From assembly GCA_017441845.1 (NCBI GenBank), contig JAFRVB010000009.1:38841-102840 (forward strand): a stretch of 64,000 bases of DNA. The letters are read 5' to 3'. The notes beneath the pieces are model-generated. The model was not told where the DNA came from. It saw only the letters and a list, made by a program, of their open reading frames with translations, and made no database searches. Each line of letters opens with the position of its first letter. Position 1 is the stretch's first letter. Source of the DNA: Bacilli bacterium (GTDB lineage Bacteria; Bacillota_I; Bacilli_A; RF39; UBA660). Positions 56,386 through 64,000 of the stretch are shown here, piece by piece. Both the position numbers and the translations under genes were made by a program.

Positions 56386-57658
56386 AAGAGTCATAAGAGT
56401 AGAAAATAATGTATTATCTTTAACTGATGTTATTAAGTTAAATGCTCTTGCTAAAAGTGAAGATATAATTGTAGAAATAGAAAATACTAAAGGACAAAAC
56501 TCTGAAATATTCAAAAAGTTCTCAGAAAATATTACTATAAGTATTCTTGGTGGACTTAATTATGTTAATAAAGATAAATATAATGATGATGAATATCGAG
56601 TAAGAACATTTTATAAACCAAGAGAAGTATCAAATATAATTAAAACTTTTGAATATATTGAAAGAAAAATTGATCCTGCTTGGAATCAATTAGAAAAAGC
56701 AATGTATGTTTATAAAGTATTTGTAGAAAACTTAAATTATAATGAATATCATAATCATGCTACTGGAATAGTTGACAGAAACCTATTAGTTTTAAAAAAT
56801 AGAAGAGGTGTTTGTGCAGGATTCGCACTACTTTATAAAGAAGCTATGGATAGATTAGGTATTCCTTGTGAATATCAAAATAGACATCATCATCATTGCT
56901 GGAATGTATTAAAATTAGATGATAAATATATTGCTGTAGATATGACTTGGGATATTGAAGATAAAAAAACATTTAAAGATAATAAATGTCATTTTAAATA
57001 TTTTGGTACTGATCAAGATTTCTATAGTAATAAACACCATAATATCTTCGATGATAAAGATGAAGAAGTATTCCCAATAACTACTATACCTGAAGATGTA
57101 TTAAGAGAAGCTTATCAACATATTATTAAAAATAAATCTTATAAAGCACCAATCAAAGAAGAAGCAGTTAATGGTAAGAGAGTAGAATATGCCATGGAAC
57201 AAATAGGTGATACTAATCTTTGCCTATATAGAATAGATAATCAATTATACTTAAATAATTATCAAAATGGTATGAGTAAAGAACAAGTATTTATTGATCA
57301 AAATCAACAATATAATTATGATGATATAACTATGCCACAATATAGAATGTATAGAAGAGATGATAATAGTACTTTCTGTTTAATAAAAGATAAAGATAAA
57401 GAAAATGGTTTTATCTATTGTGACTTTGATGATCAAACTAGAGAATATCGAAGTTATAGAATCTATTCAGAAAGTGATTTGATTAAACCAACTTCAATAA
57501 TAGAAGCAAAAACTATTGCGAATAATCTATTAAAACCAGAAAGACTAATAAGAAAAGTTGATCATTTCAATGGATATGTTGGTTTCATTAAAGCAAGATC
57601 AGTATATTATGATTCTAATTATGAAAAAGAAACATTAAATATTGTTAATAGAAAATAA
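56378..57658 (+). CDS. Transglutaminase-like (papain-fold) cysteine protease domain protein
   Basis: GVCAGFA, HCWNV, VDMTWD triad; no signal peptide. Confidence 0.75.
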   Translation: MSKRVIRVENNVLSLTDVIKLNALAKSEDIIVEIENTKGQNSEIFKKFSENITISILGGLNYVNKDKYNDDEYRVRTFYKPREVSNIIKTFEYIERKIDPAWNQLEKAMYVYKVFVENLNYNEYHNHATGIVDRNLLVLKNRRGVCAGFALLYKEAMDRLGIPCEYQNRHHHHCWNVLKLDDKYIAVDMTWDIEDKKTFKDNKCHFKYFGTDQDFYSNKHHNIFDDKDEEVFPITTIPEDVLREAYQHIIKNKSYKAPIKEEAVNGKRVEYAMEQIGDTNLCLYRIDNQLYLNNYQNGMSKEQVFIDQNQQYNYDDITMPQYRMYRRDDNSTFCLIKDKDKENGFIYCDFDDQTREYRSYRIYSESDLIKPTSIIEAKTIANNLLKPERLIRKVDHFNGYVGFIKARSVYYDSNYEKETLNIVNRK

Positions 57659-57697
57659 AAAGCTATGAGATTAATAATCAATCATCATAGCTTTTTT
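57657..57697. terminator. Bidirectional terminator between the TGase gene and trpS
   Basis: AAAAGCTATGA...TCATAGCTTTT. Confidence 0.65.
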
Positions 57698-58675
57698 AAC
57701 TGTCTTCATAACTTTTTCTGCTTTTTCTTTCGCAGCGACATGTCCTTCTTCAAGAATACGTTTAACTTCATCTGGGTTTTCATCATAGTATTTTCTCTTT
57801 TCTTGAATTGGTTTTAAGAATTCATTCATAGCTTCAATTAATTCTTTTTTACATTGAACACATCCTCGTTCACCTTTTTTACATTCTTCACATATAGTTT
57901 TAAGATTCTCTTCTTTATTTACTAATTTATGATAATAATAAACCATACATATATCAGGATCAGCAGGATCGTCTTTTTTAATCTTTTTAGGATCTGTAAC
58001 AGCTCCCATTATCTTTTTACTAATAGTTTCTTCATCATCTACTAAGAATATAGCGTTACCTAAACTTTTTCCCATCTTTTCATTACCATCAAGTCCTTTA
58101 ACACGTTTAGTTTCAGTATATAATCCCTCTGGTTCTTTTAATACATCTCCATAAATAGAATTAAACTTTCTAACTATTTCTCTACATTGTTCAATCAATG
58201 GAGCTTGATCTTCACCAACAGGTACTAATTCTCCATCAAAACAAGTGATATCAGCTGCTTGAGAAACAGGATAACCTAAGAATCCATAAGTAATAGATTC
58301 TCCTTCATTACCAAATAACTCTTTCTTTTGAAGTATTTCACTCTTAACAGTAGGATTTCTTTGAAGTCTAGCTACTGTTACTAAATTAGAATAAAAAATA
58401 GTTAATTCAGCAATCTCAGGTATTCTAGATTGGATAAAGATATGTACTTTTTTAGGATCAATACCAATCGCTAATAAATCTTTCACAATCTCATCGACAT
58501 TTTCTCTTACTTTTTCAGGATCATTAAAATTATCTGTTAAAGCTTGAACATCAGCTATCTCTAAATAAAAATCATAATCATCTTGTAATTTAACCCAATT
58601 TTGTCCAGCTCCAAAATAATGTCCTAAATGTAAATTACCTGTAGGACGTATTCCTGTCAAGATAGTCTTTTTCAT
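57671..58675 (-). CDS. trpS: Tryptophan--tRNA ligase
   Basis: TGIRPTGNLHLGH, GYPVSQAADI, VPVGEDQ, KMGKS. Confidence 0.96.
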   Translation of the reverse strand: MKKTILTGIRPTGNLHLGHYFGAGQNWVKLQDDYDFYLEIADVQALTDNFNDPEKVRENVDEIVKDLLAIGIDPKKVHIFIQSRIPEIAELTIFYSNLVTVARLQRNPTVKSEILQKKELFGNEGESITYGFLGYPVSQAADITCFDGELVPVGEDQAPLIEQCREIVRKFNSIYGDVLKEPEGLYTETKRVKGLDGNEKMGKSLGNAIFLVDDEETISKKIMGAVTDPKKIKKDDPADPDICMVYYYHKLVNKEENLKTICEECKKGERGCVQCKKELIEAMNEFLKPIQEKRKYYDENPDEVKRILEEGHVAAKEKAEKVMKTVKKAMMIDY

Positions 58676-58793
58676 AATATCACTTCCATATATAATTTTA
58701 TCTAAATTATTTTAATTTTACAATAAAATAATAGAATATTTATTGTTAAAAAGTCAATAATAAGATATAATATTAAACGTTGGAGGGATAATA

Positions 58794-60101
58794 ATGGCTA
58801 AAAAAGAAGAAAAAAATACAAAAAAAGAAGAAACTAAAAAATCTGGTAAAGATTTTGTACATGAAATAGTAATTAAAGTTGAAGGAGACGAATGGAAAAA
58901 AGCTATCGATGAAACTTTTAAGAAGAAACAAAAGAATCTTTCTATCGATGGATTTAGAAAAGGTAAAGTACCTAGATCAGTTTATGAGAAGAAATTTGGA
59001 AAAGAATCTCTATTCTTAGATGCTGCTGATTCTTTAGTACAAATGGCTTATATGAAAGCATTAACTGAATCTAAATTAGTACCAGCAGTACAACCTTCTG
59101 TAGATTTAAAATCTATTGATGAAAAAGGAGTAGAATTTAAATTTACTATTATTACTAAACCAGAAGTAAAAGTTAAAAAATATTCTGGATTAAAGGTAGA
59201 AGAAGAAAAAGTAGAAGTAACTAAAGAAGAAATAGATCATGAAATATCTCATATCTTAGAACATTATGCTGAGATGGCTACTAAAGATGGAAAAGTAGAA
59301 AATGGAGATATTGCAATCATTGATTTTGAAGGATTCAAAGATGGTGAAGCATTCGATGGTGGAAAAGGAGAAAACTATTCTTTAGAAATCGGATCTAATA
59401 CATTTATACCTGGATTTGAAGAAGGTGTAATTGGTATGAAAGCTGAAGATGAAAAAGATATAGAATTAACTTTCCCAGAAGATTATGCTGCTAAAGAATT
59501 AGCTGGTCAAAAAGTTACATTCAAAGTAAAAGTAAATGAAGTTAAAACTAAAGTTGAAAGAACATTAGATGAAGATTTCTTTGAAGATTTGGGTATGAAA
59601 GATGTAACTAATGAAAAAGAATTACGTGATAGTATCAAGAAGAGTCTAGAAGACAGAAAGAAATATGAAGCTGAGAATGTTTACTTAGAAAAATTATTAG
59701 AAGAAGTATCTAAAAATGTAGAAGTAGATATTCCTGAAGAAATGGTTTCAGAAGAAGTTGAAGGTCTTAAACATAGAATGGAACATGAAATGTCTCATCA
59801 AGGATTAACACTTGATATGTATTATCAATTTACTGGTACTACAGAAGAAGACTTAAATGCTCAACTAGAAAAAGAAGCTTATAAGAATGTCTTATATAGA
59901 TTAATGTTAGAAGAAATTAGAACTTTAGAGAAGATTGAAGCTACTGATAAAGAAATGAATGATGAAGCAGATAAATTAGCTGAAAGATATCAAGCTCCTA
60001 AAGAAGAAATTCTAGCTCAAATGGGTGGTTTAGAAGCTCTAAGATACGATGTAGAGATGAATAAAACTATCGATAAATTAAAAGAATTAAATAAGGCTTA
60101 A
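58794..60101 (+). CDS. tig: Trigger factor
   Basis: IDGFRKGKVP, FKBP domain (IDFEGF..GEAF.GG, FIPGFEE, FPEDY). Confidence 0.96.
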   Translation: MAKKEEKNTKKEETKKSGKDFVHEIVIKVEGDEWKKAIDETFKKKQKNLSIDGFRKGKVPRSVYEKKFGKESLFLDAADSLVQMAYMKALTESKLVPAVQPSVDLKSIDEKGVEFKFTIITKPEVKVKKYSGLKVEEEKVEVTKEEIDHEISHILEHYAEMATKDGKVENGDIAIIDFEGFKDGEAFDGGKGENYSLEIGSNTFIPGFEEGVIGMKAEDEKDIELTFPEDYAAKELAGQKVTFKVKVNEVKTKVERTLDEDFFEDLGMKDVTNEKELRDSIKKSLEDRKKYEAENVYLEKLLEEVSKNVEVDIPEEMVSEEVEGLKHRMEHEMSHQGLTLDMYYQFTGTTEEDLNAQLEKEAYKNVLYRLMLEEIRTLEKIEATDKEMNDEADKLAERYQAPKEEILAQMGGLEALRYDVEMNKTIDKLKELNKA

Positions 60102-60132
60102 AATAGATAAAGAAATTTATCTATTTTTTTTA
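60101..60132 (+). terminator. Terminator after tig
   Basis: AATAGATAAA-gaaa-TTTATCTATT-TTTT. Confidence 0.75.
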
Positions 60133-60203
60133 ATTTTAGTGTTGAAATTATTTTAAATTATGTTAGTATAGAAAACATATAAAAAATTTGGAGGTGAGTA
60201 CTG

Positions 60204-62507
60204 TTGAAAAATGATAAATTGAAAGTTTTAATTTTAAATGATATGGTACTATTTCCAAATACTGAACTTAGAGTAGAGTATGATAATATTTATGACCGTG
60301 AAGTTATCGATATAATCGATAAAGTAGAAGAGAATATGTTATTAGTAAATCCTATCGATGATGGTGAAGAGTTTAATATAACTCAATTACCTAAGATAGG
60401 AGTTTTAGCTCGTCTAAAATTAAAATTAAATGTTCCTAATGGAAGAACTAGAGTAGTAGTAGAAGGAATAACTAGAGTAAAACTTTCTAACTATGAAGAA
60501 GCTAATAAATTCTTTGAAGCAGATTATGAAATTATTGAGAATATTCCTGATGAAAATGAAGAGAATTATTATAATGTCTTATTAAAATTTATAGATAAAT
60601 ATGTAGATAAAGTACCTTATATGGGTAATGCGATAGTTTCACAAGTAGATAAAGTAAATAACTTATCTGATTTATGTGACTTAGTAGCTTCTTATATAGA
60701 AGTAAGTTATGATAAAAAGAAAAAATATATTGAAGAATTAAATCCAATCAAAAGATGTGAATTATTAATAGAAGATATGTCACAAGACTTAAAGTTGATA
60801 GATTTACAAAGAAAGTTAGAACAAGAAGTAGAAAAAGAATTATCTGATCAACAAAAAGAATTCTTCTTAAGAGAAAGAATTAGAGCTATAGAAAAAGAAT
60901 TAGGAGATGTTTCTTCTAAAGATGATGAATTAGTAAACTTAAAGAAACAAGTAGAAAAGATAAAATGTAATAAAAAGATAAAAGAAAGAATAAATAGAGA
61001 ATTAAAACGTTATGAAGCAACACCTTCTGCTTCACCTGAATTAAGTATCGTAAGAGAATACTTAGATTGGTTAATAAATCTACCTTGGCAAAAATACACT
61101 AAAGATGAAAGTAATCTAAGAAATGTAAAAGAAGATCTGGATTCTTCACATTACGCGTTAGATGAAGTTAAAGAGAGAGTTTTAGAATATTTAGCTGTTA
61201 AACAAAATACTAATAATTTACGTAGCCCAATTCTATGTTTAGTTGGACCTCCAGGAGTAGGTAAAACTTCTCTAGCTTTCGCGATAGCTCGTGCACTAGG
61301 CAGAAGTTGTACTAAGATATCAGTTGGTGGAATAAATGATGAAGCTGAAATAATTGGGCACAGACGTACTTACATTGGAGCTAATCCTGGACGTATTATT
61401 CAAGGAATCAGAAGAGCAGGTACTACAAACCCAGTATTTATAATTGATGAAATTGATAAAATGACTAAAGATATTAAAGGAGATCCTGCTTCAGCACTAC
61501 TTGAAGTATTAGATCCAGAACAAAATTCTAAATTTTCAGATCATTATATAGAAGAAGAATTTGATCTATCAAAAGTTATGTTTATCGCAACAGCTAACTA
61601 TATAGAACAAATTCCATATGAATTACGTGATCGTTTAGAAATAATAGAAGTATCTAGTTATACTGAATATGAAAAATTAGATATAGCGAAGACTCATCTT
61701 TTACCAATTGCCCTAGATGAGCATGGTCTAACTGCTTTACAAGTTTCTGTAACAGATGACGCTATTATGCATATTATTAGACACTATACTAAAGAAGCTG
61801 GTGTTCGTGAACTACAAAGAATGATCGCAACACTACTTAGAAAAATAGTTAAGAGATTATTATTAAATACTGATGAAAGTTTCTTCTCAATAGATGAAAA
61901 AGATGTTGAAGAGTTTTTAGGTAAACCAAAACATTTTCATCAAGAAAAAGCTACTAATGGTGAAGCTGGTATTGTTAATGGACTTGCTTATACTATTTTT
62001 GGAGGAGATGTGTTACCTGTCGAAGTTACTTCATTTAAAGGAAAAGGAGAACTAATATTAACTGGTTCTCTTGGTGAAGTAATGCAAGAATCATGTAAAA
62101 TAGCTTTCTCTTATATTAAATCTAATGCCAAGAAGTTTGGTATCGATCCTAAATTTTTAACAGAGAATGATATTCATATTCATGTTCCTGAAGGAGCTGT
62201 TAATAAAGATGGTCCATCTGCTGGTATAACTATCACTACCGCAATCATTTCTCTATTAAAAGAAAAGCCTGTACCTAATGATATTGCTATGACTGGTGAA
62301 ATAACTTTACGCGGTAGAGTATTAACTATTGGTGGATTAAAAGAGAAGGTAATAGGTGCTCAACGAGCAGGAATAAAACGTATATTTATTCCAAAAGATA
62401 ACGAAAAAGATTTAGATGAAATTCCTAAAGAGATAAGAAATGATGTTAAATTTATATCTGTTAAGAATTATCAAGAATTATATAAGAAAATATTTCAAAA
62501 GAAGTGA
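60204..62507 (+). CDS. lon: ATP-dependent Lon protease
   Basis: GPPGVGKTS, DEIDK, DGPSAG (Ser), IGGLKEK (Lys). Confidence 0.96.
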   Translation: MKNDKLKVLILNDMVLFPNTELRVEYDNIYDREVIDIIDKVEENMLLVNPIDDGEEFNITQLPKIGVLARLKLKLNVPNGRTRVVVEGITRVKLSNYEEANKFFEADYEIIENIPDENEENYYNVLLKFIDKYVDKVPYMGNAIVSQVDKVNNLSDLCDLVASYIEVSYDKKKKYIEELNPIKRCELLIEDMSQDLKLIDLQRKLEQEVEKELSDQQKEFFLRERIRAIEKELGDVSSKDDELVNLKKQVEKIKCNKKIKERINRELKRYEATPSASPELSIVREYLDWLINLPWQKYTKDESNLRNVKEDLDSSHYALDEVKERVLEYLAVKQNTNNLRSPILCLVGPPGVGKTSLAFAIARALGRSCTKISVGGINDEAEIIGHRRTYIGANPGRIIQGIRRAGTTNPVFIIDEIDKMTKDIKGDPASALLEVLDPEQNSKFSDHYIEEEFDLSKVMFIATANYIEQIPYELRDRLEIIEVSSYTEYEKLDIAKTHLLPIALDEHGLTALQVSVTDDAIMHIIRHYTKEAGVRELQRMIATLLRKIVKRLLLNTDESFFSIDEKDVEEFLGKPKHFHQEKATNGEAGIVNGLAYTIFGGDVLPVEVTSFKGKGELILTGSLGEVMQESCKIAFSYIKSNAKKFGIDPKFLTENDIHIHVPEGAVNKDGPSAGITITTAIISLLKEKPVPNDIAMTGEITLRGRVLTIGGLKEKVIGAQRAGIKRIFIPKDNEKDLDEIPKEIRNDVKFISVKNYQELYKKIFQKK

Positions 62508-62512
62508 TATAA

Positions 62513-63142
62513 ATGCAAAGAGAAAAATTTGTTAATTCAATGTTATTTAAACATTTAATATTAGCTAATAATGATAAAGAATTAGTTAAAATGCTAAGTA
62601 AAAGTGAAAAGTCATTTGACTTATTTATGGAGATACTTGAAGATGCATATGAATTAGATGAAGATTTCTTCGGAATAGATTCATCAATTCCTAGTAAAGT
62701 TTTATCTGTACTTAATTATTATAGATTTGAAGAAAGGTATAGAAAAAAATATTCTGATAAAATAAATGCTTATATTATTGAAATGAATAGAATAGATAAT
62801 ATAAGAAGCGAAGATAAAGATAATTTATGTAGATCATATTTAAATAGACAAAGCAGACTACGTCAGATTAGAATACCTAGTAAATATGATTTATTATATT
62901 TATTAAGAAATGATATGATTGTATATCAAACTTTATTAGATGGAGATATGAATAAGAAAACATTTTTCTTAGTAGAAGAAGCATCAACATATTTTATGAA
63001 ATCTTGTATTGAGTTATATGATGATGATAATTTTCTAACTAATAGTTATAATTTATTAACTGCTGAAGATAATGGTATTTCTAAAAAAGATAACTTTTTA
63101 ATGAAAAGATTAATAAAAGAGATGAATAAAAAGAAAAAATAA
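62513..63142 (+). CDS. Hypothetical cytoplasmic protein
   Basis: 209-aa ORF co-oriented after lon; no recognised motif. Confidence 0.6.
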   Translation: MQREKFVNSMLFKHLILANNDKELVKMLSKSEKSFDLFMEILEDAYELDEDFFGIDSSIPSKVLSVLNYYRFEERYRKKYSDKINAYIIEMNRIDNIRSEDKDNLCRSYLNRQSRLRQIRIPSKYDLLYLLRNDMIVYQTLLDGDMNKKTFFLVEEASTYFMKSCIELYDDDNFLTNSYNLLTAEDNGISKKDNFLMKRLIKEMNKKKK

Positions 63143-63172
63143 GTTATAATAAAGTAGAAGAGGAGGATTGTT

Positions 63173-63712
63173 ATGGAATTAAAAGGATCAAAAACAGAAC
63201 AAAACTTGCTAGCAGCTTTCGCTGGAGAATCACAAGCTAGAAATAAATATACATACTATGCATCTAAAGCTAGAAAAGATGGTTATGAACAAATCGCTGC
63301 TTTATTTGAAGAAACAGCAAACAACGAAAAGGAACATGCAAAAATGTGGTTTAAAGAACTACATGATGGAGCAGTACCTGATACAATAACTAACTTAAAT
63401 GATGCTGCTGATGGTGAAAACTTTGAATGGACTGACATGTATGAAGGATTTGCTAAAACAGCAGAAGAAGAAGGATTTGATGCTATTGCTAAAAAGTTTA
63501 GAGCAGTAGGAGAAATTGAAAAACATCATGAAGAACGCTATAGAAAACTACTTAAAAATATTGAAGATAAAGTAGTGTTCTCTAAGGATGAAGAAGCTAT
63601 TTGGATCTGTCGTAACTGTGGACATATCGTTGTAGGAAAACAAGCACCAATCGTATGCCCAGTATGTGCACATCCTCAAAGTTATTTTGAACTTAGAAGT
63701 GAAAATTATTAG
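63173..63712 (+). CDS. rbr: Rubrerythrin
   Basis: [23 protein letters not shown]-terminal CRNCG...CPVCAHP. Confidence 0.94.
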   Translation: MELKGSKTEQNLLAAFAGESQARNKYTYYASKARKDGYEQIAALFEETANNEKEHAKMWFKELHDGAVPDTITNLNDAADGENFEWTDMYEGFAKTAEEEGFDAIAKKFRAVGEIEKHHEERYRKLLKNIEDKVVFSKDEEAIWICRNCGHIVVGKQAPIVCPVCAHPQSYFELRSENY

Positions 63713-63720
63713 TTAACAAG

Positions 63721-63753
63721 AAAGAATGACAAAATGTCATTCTTTTATTTTTA
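63721..63753 (+). terminator. Terminator after rubrerythrin
   Basis: AAAGAATGACA-aaa-TGTCATTCTTT-T. Confidence 0.75.
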
Positions 63754-63796
63754 ATAATTAGAATTAATGTTATAATATATAATAGAGGGTGATAAG

Positions 63797-64000
63797 ATGA
63801 AGCATGAATTACTTGTACCTGCTGGCGATATGGATTCATTAAAACAAGCAGTCGCTAATGGTGCTGATTCTGTCTATGTTGGCTGTGAGAATTTTGGAGC
63901 TAGAAAGTTTGCCAAAAATTTTAGTAATGAAGAAATGTTATATGCCATTAGATTATGTCACCTATATGGAGTAAAAATATATGCAACAATGAATACACTT
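63797..64000 (+). CDS. Peptidase U32 family protein, partial (runs off window end)
   Basis: MKHELLVPAGDMDSLKQAVANGADSVYVG...FGARKFAKNF. Confidence 0.88.
   Translation, partial: MKHELLVPAGDMDSLKQAVANGADSVYVGCENFGARKFAKNFSNEEMLYAIRLCHLYGVKIYATMNTL

Noticed and set aside
58676-58793. T-box leader for trpS
   Set aside because: Intergenic region is only ~118 bp, AT-rich and without T-box motif
1-64000. CRISPR arrays, IS elements, rRNA genes, DGR template/variable repeats
   Set aside because: No regularly spaced repeats, transposase or reverse transcriptase motifs, or rRNA sequence found

Overview
AT-rich (roughly 27-30% GC by eye) chromosomal window using standard genetic code 11. TGA is used as a stop and Trp is TGG. 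Gene content and style fit a reduced-genome, uncultured-type Bacilli lineage (RF39-like; this is inference). Housekeeping blocks flank a ~26 kb co-oriented locus. Left block: tRNA-Gly, typA, rpmB, dnaE, lspA, RluA, the ireB-ruvX-DUF1292-mltG-O-MTase-U32-U32...greA cluster. Right block: rmuC, trpS, tig, lon, rubrerythrin. The locus (28445-54595) joins a class B sortase, a 29-Cys giant surface protein, a Tad/Flp pilus set (CpaB, CpaF, TadB, TadC, an unannotated 52-aa pilin, TadE-like, CpaE-like) and a Gram-positive-type T4SS (two VirB2-like pilins, extended VirB6, PrgI, TrsD-like, VirB4, SpoIID/C39 hydrolase, VirD4). No relaxase, integrase or att repeats are visible. Other highlights: a T4SS-pilin domain fused to an NlpC/P60 hydrolase 20 kb away in the housekeeping cluster; a ~565-nt ORF-free, heavily base-paired transcript with its own promoter and terminator, divergent from tRNA-Gly (large ornate ncRNA candidate); and a tRNA leader carrying an antisense copy of the tRNA's own anticodon arm. 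All family calls come from motif recognition by eye; no database searches were run.
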